From: Octopus sinensis
Taxonomy: Eukaryota
Length of the DNA stretch: 64,000 bases
Assembly: GCF_006345805.1 (NCBI RefSeq)
Contig: NC_042998.1
Coordinates: 20,150,001-20,214,000, forward strand
Reading direction: 5' to 3'
The notes beneath the pieces were generated by a model. That model saw nothing but the letters and a program-made list of their open reading frames with translations, did no database searches and was not told where the DNA came from. Below are positions 13,350 through 25,176 of this stretch, one piece after another (within the stretch, counting starts at the first letter, position 1; each line of letters opens with the position of its first letter). The position numbers and the translations under genes are program-made.

Positions 13350-13530
13350 CCGAACAAAATGTTTAGCGGCATTTCTCCCTGGTTTACGATTTGAGTTCAA
13401 ACTCCGCCGAAGTCGATTTTCTCTGTCATCCTATCGAAGGTCATCAAAAGATGTACCAGTCAAGTCATTGTAATCTATTAAACGCCCCACTCAAAATCTG
13501 CTGGACTTTGCCAAAATTTGAAACCATTAT
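13350..13530 (+). mobile_element. decayed family-A-head SINE (tail type B)
   Basis: GAGTTCAAACTCCGCCGAAGTCGA, TGTACCAGT and the terminal CCAAAATTTGAAACC followed by ATT repeats. Confidence 0.65.
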
Positions 13531-13542
13531 TATTATCGTTAT

Positions 13543-14057
13543 TGAGTTAGAGAGCAACACATACCATTAAAGTGACACTGGGGCAAGAATATACGAGGCC
13601 ATTATATCCAATTTGACTACCCGTCTGATAAAGATACACCGGGCACATGCATCACAATCATATGTGCACGACATGGTGATTTCATACCAAGACAAACATT
13701 ACATTACTTTGCAGGTGGGACCTAGTTGGAATTTTTCTTCAGGTCGAGTAGCCCATCTGGCTCGGAAGATCCCTCAATAAAAGTTGTTTAAGGATGATGA
13801 ACGAAACAGCCATATTTCAAGGGGTGAATTATTCAAGCTCCAAAAGATTCTTCTCAACATACGGTCATCGATCGTGATCAGAGATGCACGTATCGTCAGC
13901 CACTAATGCTTTATTGGTTGCGGTCAAACAACTGACAAGCAAATCTGTGGTATCGAGCAGAATATTTGTTGTAGCCTGTCTTTTATACGAAGACAAAACA
14001 CGTACATGATAACACTTCCAATCAGTTAAGATCAGAAGCAATGAGAAGTAGTGCCTT
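13543..14057 (-). mobile_element. about 550-nt non-coding element inserted in a TAA repeat (copy 1)
   Basis: Reverse-complement homologue of 53184-53730, with (TTA)n on both sides. Confidence 0.8.
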
Positions 14058-14082
14058 GTTATTATTATTATTATTATTATTA

Positions 14083-14109
<27 letters not shown>

Positions 14110-14114
<5 letters not shown>

Positions 14115-15420
14115 GTTTGCCTTTATCCTTTGTATTTTGTACAAATTGACTAAAAGTTTCACCCAGAGACCTCAAGAGCCAAAAAGTTAGAAGTTCGAGT
14201 TGGTGTTACAACTTGGGTGCCATATTTATGGTTTTGCCAAAGGATTGTTCTAGAGAATGTCTGTGAAAACATTATTATTGTTATTATTATTTTTTTTATC
14301 ATTATTATTATTATTATTATTATTATTGTTATTATTATTATTATTATTATTATCATTGTTGTTGTTGTTGTTGTTGTCGTCGTTGTTGTTGTTGTTGTTG
14401 TTGTCGTTGTTGTTGTTGTTGTCGTTGTTGTTGTTGTCGTTGTTGTTGTTGTCGTTGTTGTTGTTGTTACGACAGGAATCATTGCTAGTCCTCCTCATTC
14501 AGCTTCCTGTCTACGTTCTGATATTTCTCAATTTTCTCAATTTCTTTGGCGTCCACTCTGTTATCTAATGCCATTCCAAAATCGATGATCTTATTTATAC
14601 TGCTTGTTGTTTGTTTTTTTTTGTTTCTTACTTTGTTTCTCTTTTGTTTTTGGTTTTTTTTTGTTTTTGTATTTTTTTTTGCTTCTTCTTCTCTGTCTTC
14701 AACAATCATATCGTGTCACTTTTCATGATCAATCTTTATATGGAAATCCCATAATATCCCGTAACTCTTATGGTCTATCACAGCCTCTGTATCGAGTTCA
14801 TACCATTATTCCGCTACGTTGAATTCACACAAAACATCTCAGTGTACTGTTATACTTGAGCCTATAAAGATTTGTGCTATCTTACTGATTTCCCTTAAGA
14901 CTGGTCAACATTGCCGTCTCCATTCCCAAATTCTGCATTTGCCCTCTGAATTTTATCAAATTCGTTCCTATGGCTTATTGCTTAGCGGTTACAATTAGCG
15001 ATTCGTTTTCATTCCAGGCTTCCGTCAGGCAACAATAGCCAGGTTTTTCTTTCTTTTAATTCCAGAATCCTTTGTGTCTTCCTTGATTTAGCCGTTCTGT
15101 TCATCTTCCTTCTTGTCCTTAATTCTCCTAGTGTTTCAGTAAATTTTTGGACATTCCTAGTTACCGTGGCCTTCTAAATCCACTAGGATAACATAGCTTC
15201 TCAAGTGCATCATCACAGCATCTTTTGTGTCTACGGCATTTAGAGAGCCTCTACTTCCTTCCGTTTTTTTAATTGGTAGAGACTGTAGATTTTTACTCTT
15301 ATGGTGGTACGCTTGAATATGGTGAGCAGCTTCCAAATTCTTTAATCTAAGTTCGATAGCTCTGTCCTAATAAATTTTAAAAAGAGGAGCAGATTGTCCC
15401 AATATTAGCTAGGCCCATTT
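14110..15420 (-). mobile_element. decayed R4/Dong-clade non-LTR element (REL endonuclease end plus 3' UTR), split by microsatellites
   Basis: The minus strand gives WYELD...ILWDFHIKIDHEK and KEIEKIEKYQ, which are restriction-like endonuclease motifs. The 3' UTR ends in (AAT)n. Confidence 0.65.
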
Positions 15421-15810
15421 ATTCATTACTTCGATACGATTATCTCCATTTAATTTTTGATTCATGCACCTTCTTGATTCCTCTATTATAACCTCTTGAA
15501 ATAGTACGGAGGTTAATGGAGTGAACAACAGAAAATCAAAAATAGATGAATGCCCCATAATCACTTATGTTTTACGTGCTGAGTCTCTGAGTAGGCGTCT
15601 TTGCAGATATATGAGTGTGAGTGTGTGTGAAGGTTTCTGCAAATGTCTATATGTATTTATATATGAAATGGGTGCATATATATAAGGAGGACTCCAAAAT
15701 GACTGCAATATATTGGGTTACCGTTGGTTAACGCAGATCATATGCTGTTATCAATTTGGCAGCAACATCATTTCCTGTCCAAAATTTGTAGGACCGGATA
15801 TGAATGCATA

Positions 15811-16043
15811 TATTTCTTTACTACCCACAAGGGGCTAAACATAGAGGGAACAAACAAGGACAGTCAAAGAGATTAAGTCGATTATATCGACCCCAGTGCA
15901 TAACTGGTACTTAATTTACCGACCCCGAAATGATGAAAGACAAAGTCGACCTCGGCGGAATTTGAACCCAGAACACCTGACAGCAGACGAAATACGGCTA
16001 CGCATTTCGCCCGACCTGCTAACGATTATGCCAGCTCGCCGCC
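15811..16043 (-). mobile_element. tRNA-derived SINE family A (monomer)
   Basis: Full head GGCGGCGAGCTGGCA through to the AAAGAAATA end; 17-bp TSD CCGGATATGAATGCATA (15794-15810 / 16042-16058). Confidence 0.9.
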
Positions 16044-16070
16044 GGATATGAATGCATACATGTATGTCTG

Positions 16071-16117
<47 letters not shown>

Positions 16118-16349
16118 ATAAAATTTGTGAGTAAAGCCGGAACAATGCGAAATAAGCCCAAGGCAAGCCACAACAAAACAGGTATATGAATTAATGGTAA
16201 GTTACCTTACATTCCATATTTCAGGGTCATGCCCCTCCTCATCAGGAATTAACGAAGGCTGTAAATGTAATCTTCCTCAGGAATTAGTGAATGCTGCAGA
16301 TGTACATGCGTGTGAGTAAGTGGGGGTAGACATGCGCAGAAGGTTGTTG

Positions 16350-16790
16350 TTATAGCAACCAGCTAGCTTGATATAACTGTCTTGTATTGTTTATAGTCGG
16401 CTTCTGTTGGCGTATTAATATGGCTTCGGAGATTTCAAGGTTGCCTCTGTTGCGCTGTGTTGCTCTGATGTGCACTGTGAACTCTCGGATGTGGCATCTA
16501 CGTGAATGTTTCTTGTCTGAAGTGTCAGTCTGCATGTGGTCTTTTATGCGTATGTGAAGTTTTCTTGTTATGCTTCCTATGTAGTATGCACTACATTTGC
16601 CGAAACTGACCTCGTATACAATATAGGTCCTCTGGTCCATTTTGCGATCATTGATGAAGCAATTTGATAATTTGCACCCCTCGTTGTTGTGAAAGGTGTT
16701 GTTCGTGTTCAGAACGTTTCTAAAGGGTGGACTGGTGTGTATTATCAGTATGTGGAGTCCCTCCTTGCGGACTGCATGTCCTATCGTAAC
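16350..16790 (-). pseudogene. GIY-YIG endonuclease of the Penelope-like element
   Basis: IVYEV..KCSAYYIGSITRKLHIRIKDH...LEISEAILIRQQKPTINN. The N-terminus in the ORF track is SINE-derived. Confidence 0.85.
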
Positions 16791-16799
16791 AGTAATTCT

Positions 16800-17400
16800 A
16801 ATTTTTTTATTGCCTACAAAGGGATAAACATAGAGGGGACAAACAAGGACAGACAAACGGATTAAGTCGATTATATTGACCCCTCGTACGTAACTGGTAC
16901 TTATTTAATCGACGCCGAAAGATGAAAAGCAATGTCGACCTCGGCAGAATTTGAACTCAGAACATAACAGCAGAAGAAATACCTATTTCTTTACTGCCTA
17001 CAAGGGGCTAAATATAGAAGGGACAAACAAGGACAGACAAACGGATTAAGTCGATTATATCGACCTCAGTGCGTAACTGGTAGTTAATTTATCGACCCCG
17101 AAAGAAAGAAAAGCAAAGTTGACCTCGGCGGAATTTGAACTCAGAACATAAAGACAGACGAAATACCTATTTCTTTACTGCCCACAAGGGGTTAAAACAC
17201 AGAGAGGACAAACAAGGATAGACAAACGGATTAAGTCGATTATATCGACCCCAGTGCGTTGCTGGTACTTATTTAATCGACCCCGAAAAAATGAAAAGCA
17301 AAGTCGACCTCGACGGAATTTGAACTCAGAACGTAACGGCAGATGAAATACCACTAGGTATTTCATCCGGCGTGCTAACATTTCTGCCAGTTCGCCGCCT
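16800..17400 (-). mobile_element. SINE family A trimer (one headed unit plus two headless units)
   Basis: Junctions GAAATACC|TATTTC at 16983 and 17167 (period 184). Candidate TSD TAACAGTAATTCT / TAGCAGTAGTTCT. Confidence 0.9.
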
Positions 17401-18058
17401 TAGCAGTAGTTCTGTCATCAGAATGCGGTAGCTTTAGGAAGCGCATGCCGGACGTGGGAGTATGAGGCGTTCTTCCGGGATTTATTGCACCTGATGTTCT
17501 TTAGGTGCTGTTGTTTGGCTAAAGGTGGTGGCTAGCCATTCAGAGTTAGGTCTCTGAGGGACTGCTTGGTGTTTGGTGATTTTGTCGGTCACCTTGTTGC
17601 ATTTGTTGCTTATTCATGCAATCTCGTTTCTCCCGTATGCGGCTTTGGCTCTGGTGGTTAGGACTGATTGGTAGTGGACTAAAGGTTTTCTACTAGTAGA
17701 AGTTAGTAAATATGGAGCCTTCCTCTGTGATCCTGAGTTGAAAGTCGAGCAGAGAGAGAGAGAGGTTTCCGGACTCGCCTGGATGTTCAATTTTGTTCAG
17801 AATTTTTGTATATCTCGATGTTATTGAAGGTCCGGTGTATGTTAATGGCGTCATCTCTGGATGTAACATACTTGCTTAGTCTTTTTTACAAAAAATCTGC
17901 AGCGGTTTTTGAAATCTGAGAGATGACATAAGCTATTAGCAATTGTTAATACATTTGTAGTTCTCCCTTCCGTTATATAATCATTTCCGTGTTTGTAATT
18001 TGCATGAATATTTATAAATGTATTCCTATGTGTATATGTACGTATATGTATAAGTTTA

Positions 18059-18127
<69 letters not shown>

Positions 18128-18143
18128 ATGTATGTATGTGTAT

Positions 18144-18190
<47 letters not shown>

Positions 18191-18197
18191 ATGTATG

Positions 18198-18264
<67 letters not shown>

Positions 18265-19089
18265 ATATACTTCGTTTTCATATCTGAGTTGCAAGATTCT
18301 TGAGGTGAATTTGTGCGTTGATGACACAGATCTTGCGATAACTTGGGAGGGTAATTACGCCAGTGATGATAAACACATGCACTGGTTCAATGTCACTTCC
18401 TTATTGTTAGTCAGTCAGTTAAGTTTCTAACCAATGAAGTAATCGATCGCTTGTTAAATGCGTTGGTTAAGCAATCAGTCGATTCTTTGTTTATCAAATC
18501 ACTTTCGAAGCTATTTGCAATGTTATCAACGACATGCTCTCTTTGAAGTCCTGCCCTTATGCCTGTGTGTAGGTATACGTGTATGAGTGTATGTAGATGC
18601 GCGGTCGCTTACAAGAGAAGGGCATGGTAGGATTAAATGAAAAGTATGTCTATAAGTGTGTGTGTGTGTGTGTGTGCATGCGTGCATTTGTGGTTGCGTG
18701 TGTACCCCTCCTTGCCTGCCTGTATGTGTGTTTGTGAATTTGTTACTGCGTGTGTATTGACCATCCGTGACTTATTTAAGAGTTTCACTTTTTGTTCAAA
18801 GTGAATTTGAACTCAGATTTGCTGGAATCTACTTAGCATCCCGTAAAGATTTATGGGCGTAGTTCCTTTTGTAGAGAGGGTTAATTTAGAAAGACAGATA
18901 GAATGATACATAGAAAGATACACAGACAGACAGGCAGACTGCCTGACAAACAGATAGATAGGCAGAGAGATAGGTAGAAAGATAGATAAATAGATTGATT
19001 GATAAATGAATAAATAAATATACTTAAGAGGAAAGATTGATGGATTTTTCCCTTATGAGGTTTTTCACGCTAACTACTTGATAAATTTT

Positions 19090-19182
19090 TATCCTACTTT
19101 TCAATTGTAAATAGATAGACAGACAAACAGACAGACAGACAGATAGATAGACTGATAGATAAATAGATAGACTGGTAGATAA

Positions 19183-19230
<48 letters not shown>

Positions 19231-19251
19231 GTAGGTAGGTAGGTAGGTAGG

Positions 19252-19298
<47 letters not shown>

Positions 19299-19319
19299 GT
19301 AGGTAGGTAGGTAGGTAGG

Positions 19320-19386
<67 letters not shown>

Positions 19387-19390
19387 GTAT
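19090..19390. repeat. (GATA/GGTA)n tetranucleotide array
   Basis: Direct reading; similar arrays at 20340-20550 and 52870-52985. Confidence 0.95.
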
Positions 19391-19714
19391 TTTCGTAGAA
19401 TTACTTTCATCTGAAGATAATCATATTTTATATTAATAACAACGTACACTAAACCAAAGTCCTAAGCAGCTGTCACATTTGGGAAAATTATTTAGAATGA
19501 AATATTACGTGGCTTTAATCTTAATGATTTATATTTAACGTTTATTAATTTTCCTTGTCATTGTTGACTGTCATCGAAGTACGCGACTAATTTCTTTTAT
19601 TGTGTATGTATGTTATATTCCTTGTGTTCTATTCGTTTGTTTTATTTGAGTTTTGAAGATGATATTTGTAAGCATTGGTCCATTACAATATCTTAATAAT
19701 CACATTGATCATCA

Positions 19715-19995
19715 TCATCATTCATCATTGTTCGACCGTGGTCGAGACAATGGAATTTACTATGTTACGCCAGACTTCACGGTCCATCATAGCATTACGG
19801 AGGTCCTGTTGCTGGATGCCTGTATCCCTGGAGATTACATCAGGGTAGGAGTGTGTGCGCCCTCTGGTATTGCGAGTAGATGGCTTCCAGAGGAGAAGAG
19901 TAGAAATTACTTCTTTTTCAGCTCTACAACAATGTCCAGCAAACTGGACTCTCCTACCTTTCACAAGAGATGATACAGGTGGTAATTTCCCGGCC
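19715..19995 (-). mobile_element. non-LTR 3' fragment, same family as 4921-5470
   Basis: Near-identical C-terminal ORF and TCGACC hairpin with (TGA)n tail. Confidence 0.8.
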
Positions 19996-20215
19996 AGCTG
20001 GTAAAATCGTTTAGCACGCAGGGGCGTAATGCTTAGCGGCATTTCGTCCGGCATTGCCTGCTGGGTTCAAATTCCGCCGATGTTGATTTTACTATTTATT
20101 CTTTTTCGGGTCGATTAAATAAGTACCAGTTCGACTGTTGTGTAGGTGGAATCGATTATTATACGTTCTCCTTAAACTTACTTGCTTTGGGCCAAAATTT
20201 GAAGCTAAAAATTAC
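19996..20215 (+). mobile_element. decayed family-A-head SINE (tail type B)
   Basis: GCTTAGCGGCATTTCGTC, GGTTCAAATTCCGCCG, GGGTCGAT..TAAGTACCAGTT and the end CCAAAATTTGAAGC. Confidence 0.7.
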
Positions 20216-20340
20216 ATTGATACACCAACACGCCCAAATACTCGCGCACGCACGCATGCGCATATACATGTATATATTATAAATACATATATATTTATTC
20301 TTGTACATGTGTATAAACGTATGTAATACTCACATTCATT

Positions 20341-20383
<43 letters not shown>

Positions 20384-20420
20384 GTAGGTAGGTAGGTAGG
20401 TAGGTAGGTAGGTAGGTAGG

Positions 20421-20483
<63 letters not shown>

Positions 20484-20550
20484 GTAGGTAGGTAGGTAGG
20501 TAGGTAGGTAGTAGGTAGGTAGGTAGGTTGGTAGGTAGGTAGGTAGGTAA

Positions 20551-20956
20551 GGCGGCGAGCTGGCAGAATCGTTAGCACGCCGGACGGAATGCTTAGCGGT
20601 ATTTCGTCTGCCGTTACGTTGTGAGTTCAAATTCCGCCGAGGTCGACTTTGCCTTTCATCCTTTCGGGGTCGATAAATTAAGTACCAGTTACGCACTGGA
20701 GTCGATGTAATCGACTTAATACCTATGTCTGTCCTTGTTTGTCCCCTCTGTGTTTGGCCCCTTGTGGGTAATAAAGAAATAGGTATTTCGTTTGATGCTA
20801 CGTTCTGAGTTCAAATTCCGTTGAGGTCGACTTTGCCTTTCATCCTTTCGGGGTCGATTACATATGTACCAGTTACGCACTGCGGTCGATCTAATCTCTT
20901 TGTCTCTCCTTGTTTGTCCCGTCTATGTTTAGCCCCTTGTGGACAATAAAGAAATA
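20551..20956 (+). mobile_element. SINE family A dimer
   Basis: Headed unit plus headless unit; junction AAAGAAATA|GGTATTTCG near 20781. Confidence 0.9.
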
Positions 20957-22088
20957 AGATAGATAGATAGATTGATTGAGATGGGGAGGCTGAGAGAGAA
21001 TTACTTCTAATATTTGTATAAGAAGACTGGTGATTGATTTCGAAGTTTCGATTTCTTAGGTTTCATTAGCTGACAGAAACTCCGATGTCACTGTCACCAA
21101 TCTTCTTCAAAAAGTAAAACAAATATTTACTCTACAAAACGTATTGGTTAATTTTTCAGTTCCATGTAAAATTGATTTTATCGTCTTATTAATCTCATTA
21201 AGACTCGACATTAAAAGAAGTGTTAACATAGACTCTTTCTAAAAGAAAGAATTTAGACATTGATCACCAGTAGAGCCAACTCTAACGAAGAAAATAAACA
21301 GATGCATTAGTATAACGCTCGGGAATAGAAAAAGTCTTTAACGTTTCGAGCCTACGCTCTACCACAGAAAGGAACGCAGAAAGAAACAAGGAGATAAAAT
21401 AAAGAATGTTATACTAATGCATCTGTTTGTTGTTAACACTGATATACCCTCCAGCCTTCATCAGGTGTCTTGGGGAAAGTTCGAACCTGAGTTCTCATTC
21501 CTAAGGTATTTTTCGATGTTATTACTATTATCATTATTCAGGTCACTGCCTGGAACCGAATTCGATATCTTGGATTTGGTAGCCCGCGCTCCAAACCACT
21601 GCGCCATATGCCCGTGGGCAATTAGGGCTTATAAACCTAATATTTTCATATCCTTCCTTAATACCTGTTCCCATATGCTACCCACATCTGTACTCGGTCT
21701 ACGTATGTGCTGCTTCTTTTAGTTTTCGTATTTTCCAGCTCTGTTCTCTGTCAATTATTTTAACTTCATCCCAGAGGGGCAGTTGGTCTCCGTTTTTCAC
21801 ACATGATCAGCTAAACCCGATTTATCAATATCACCTCATGTCACAGTTTTGCGATGTTCGTTTACCCTTACTTTGACGGGGCTGCATGTTTAACCTTTGT
21901 ATTACCTACCACAGCTACATGGCATGGAGTACACGCAGTCTTTGGTCCTATTCTCTTCTATTGGTGGTTTTATTTGAAGGAGATATTTGCGAATATTCTA
22001 TTGCTCTTGAAACAACAAACAAGATGAGGACAAATATCCGTGAAATGTAAATAATATACATAATTCCTCATCTCTTAATATAGAACTG

Positions 22089-22150
<62 letters not shown>

Positions 22151-22449
22151 TTAAACATATCATTAAAGTTTATCATTAAACATATATGAGCATGTCTAGA
22201 TATGCAACTATATGCATGAGAATAAATACATAAAACAAAGCATACAAATCTATGCATATACATACATACATACATAATATATACACACATTCATACATAC
22301 ATAACCTGTTGCTAATGTTGAAATTCCAATGAAGGAGCCTTGGATCTATATTAGAAACCGATTCTTTCTTTATTGGTAAGAATTCTTGAAATAGCAGTGA
22401 ATAATGACATACATACATATATACATACTTTTATATACATATATGATAA

Positions 22450-22910
22450 TGGCCGTCCACTCGTGACCGAGGAAAACCATTGCTGAACTTTAGGAACATT
22501 GTGAGCTCTAGGACTAACTTATATTTTACATTTTCGGATCCCTTGGTGGCTAATGAGCCTTGCTCTTGACAAGTATACACGGCTTGTCTACCACTTTCAT
22601 AATTGTTCCTTCAACCAAGATAGATGGTTCCACATATAGATTTCCTTATGGTGACTGGAACATTACAACAGTCTTGTCCAGGCTAATGCAGAGTCCAAAT
22701 GCCTTGCATGAAGCAGAAATATGATTCATAAGTATTTTGTTGTCATCCACTGTATGAGTGACTAAGATACAGTCATCTGTATAAAGGAGGTCACGAATAA
22801 GAGACTGGAAAACTTTTGAATTGGCAGCAAATCGGCGCAGATTAAAGAGGCGGCCAGAAGATCGAGTAGCAACGATGTATAGACGAAGTTTTACTTTATC
22901 AGCATCTGCA
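22450..22910 (-). mobile_element. RTE/BovB-like RT fragment
   Basis: GRLFNLRRF..IRDLLYTDDC..FGLCISLDKTVVMFQSP, which covers the YADD region of BovB-type RT. Confidence 0.85.
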
Positions 22911-23249
22911 AACGACATACGTCAGTTAACGATATTGTTATAGCTATTTTTTCATTACTTCTAGTATAAATCTTGTCTTACACATACATGCTTTCGTAAC
23001 GCGGAGTAGATGAAACAGGGACAACTGAAGAAGGGGAATATTCTTTATGTTGCATGTCTCGTTTCTCTGTTTTTTCCTCGTTCGAAAAAAAAGTTCGTTT
23101 CTGTTTTTGTATTTATGTTTTCGTTTCTCATTGTGTTCAACATTTTTTTATGTCCTGTAGCCATATATGCATGTATATATACATATATATGTAGGTATGT
23201 ACATATATGTATGTATATATGCATATACATATATATATATGGCCTCAGC

Positions 23250-23490
23250 CGGATGGCTGAAACAAGTAAAAGAGTAAAAGAGTATATATATAACGGGAAA
23301 GTTTACGAAAATAAACAAAAGACGAAGGCAGGTGGAGTACAAACAAACAAATGTATTAGTATAGCGCTCAGAAATAGAAATAGAACAAGTCTTTTACGTT
23401 TCGAGCCTACGCTTTTCGACAAAATGATACACAGAAAAAAACAAGGAGAGAAAAAAATGCGTGTAGGAGCTAACGATCTATCATGGCGCC
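23250..23490 (-). repeat. Penelope-type terminal repeat fragment with hammerhead-like motif
   Basis: Homologous to 21295-21415; minus strand GTCGAA-AAGC-GTAG-GCTC-GAAACGT-A-AAAG. Confidence 0.5.
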
Positions 23491-23506
23491 CTGACCTGAT
23501 ACATAC

Positions 23507-23606
<100 letters not shown>

Positions 23607-23620
23607 TGTATGTATGTATG

Positions 23621-23653
<33 letters not shown>

Positions 23654-23785
23654 ATGTATATGAATTATACACACACACACACACACACTTATATATGTAT
23701 GCATGTAAGCTTTTATGTATACATCTATGTATGCATGACATCATTCGATAGCAAAAACGCATTGTGTCAAATTGCACATTATATA

Positions 23786-24465
23786 TCTATAATAATAAAT
23801 GGCAAGTTTGTGTATTTGTGTATTTACTACTCTAACTCCTCTGAGGCTATCCAATAGACATTGATGAAACTTGACACGTATGGGGAAAGCTTATGCCCCT
23901 GCGATAACTTACGCACTTAGAATTTTAAAAAATACCTATTTTTAATCGGCATCAATTTTTCAAAAACCGTAAAATTTTGGCAATTTTCGCACTAGCCATC
24001 GTGACATCAATTTCACGAAATATGGTTCATGAGTAAAAACAGACAGCTTATTAACGGTAATCTTATTTAGAATTTGCTAATTCTTCATTTCAATGCGAAT
24101 TGTTTTGACTTGCTAAAACTTATTATTTCAATTCCTTGTTTTATTTCCCCAGCGTTTCAGCTTTTGATTAGGTAAGACTATTTTATTTTTCAAGCAAAAT
24201 TTAGGCACTTTTCGCACAAGCCGTCGTGACATCAATTTGACGAAATCTGCCCCAAAGCGTAAAATTTTGCTATTTAACGCACATGCACAAAAATAAAGAC
24301 GACACGGGTTCGTTACCAGACTATGCTCATCTTTACGTCAAATTGGTCCTACCCATTAATATAGATTTTAATTTTTTGAAAAAATGCCGAAATTTGACGA
24401 AAAATATTTCATGCCTACCAACAGACATCTTATAACAGTGATTTCTTAGCGGGTACCACAGTTAG
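23786..24465 (+). mobile_element. non-autonomous Helitron-like element
   Basis: Begins A|TCTCTATAATAATAAA and ends GCGGGTACCACAGTTAG|T (A-T target, TC...YTAG). It carries an internal duplication TTTCGCAC.AGCC.TCGTGACATCAATTT.ACGAAAT. Confidence 0.6.
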
Positions 24466-24482
24466 TATATAAATATATATAT

Positions 24483-24514
<32 letters not shown>

Positions 24515-24898
24515 ATATATATGGGTGTGGTGTGTGTGTGTGTGTGGTGTGTCTATATATGTGGGGGGGGGTGCTATATTGTAACAAGAATACATCATTA
24601 CAAAATAAACTATGATTTTGAACGTATTTCATCTATCACTAGATCGGAAACAAAGCAATGAGTTTTATCGCATTGAAATTACTTCCAGCTGATTGAAGAA
24701 GCCTTCCACCCTTATCTTCTATAAATCGTGCGTCAGCTGACGAGATACTCTCTTTATCAGTTCAATGACACAAGAAATAGATAAAGAAAAATGGTGAATG
24801 ATATTTTGTGCGCGCATGCGTGTGTTGAAAACTTTACGTAGACATATGCAAGCCTGCATTCATGCATACATAAATTCGTACATACATACATCCTATAT

Positions 24899-24938
<40 letters not shown>

Positions 24939-24945
24939 TACATAG

Positions 24946-25176
24946 AGGCGGCGATCTGGCAGAAACATTAGCACACCGGGCGAAATGCGTAGCCGTATTT
25001 CGTCTGCCGTTACGTTCCGACTTCAAATACCGCCGAGGCCGACTTTGCCTTTCATCCTTTCGGGGTCGATAAATTAAGTACCAGTTACGCACTGGAGTCG
25101 ATGTAATCGACTTATTCCCTTTGTCTGTCCTTGTTTGTCCCCTCTGTGTTTAACCCCTGGTGGGTAGTAAAGAAAT
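24946..25176 (+). mobile_element. SINE family A monomer
   Basis: Full head and AAAGAAATA end, flanked by duplicated ATATATATATATACATTAC. Confidence 0.9.

Larger units (their letters stand above)
16140..17990 (-). mobile_element. Penelope-like element 3' portion (RT C-terminus, GIY-YIG and 3' UTR), interrupted by a SINE array
   Basis: The 17430-17990 minus strand gives [15 protein letters not shown] and SLLDFQLRITEEGSIFTNFY. The GIY-YIG lies at 16350-16790 and a hammerhead-like motif at 16207-16252. Confidence 0.8.

Noticed and set aside
16800-16983. Pure rolling-circle origin of SINE arrays from a headless circle
   Set aside because: Every array retains a full head on its 5'-most unit, which a headless circle alone does not explain. 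It is kept only as one component hypothesis.
16800-17400. SINE arrays or the 26-bp (56132) and 15-bp (62066) repeats as CRISPR-like arrays
   Set aside because: There are no unique spacers between repeats and no cas genes, and the context is eukaryotic.
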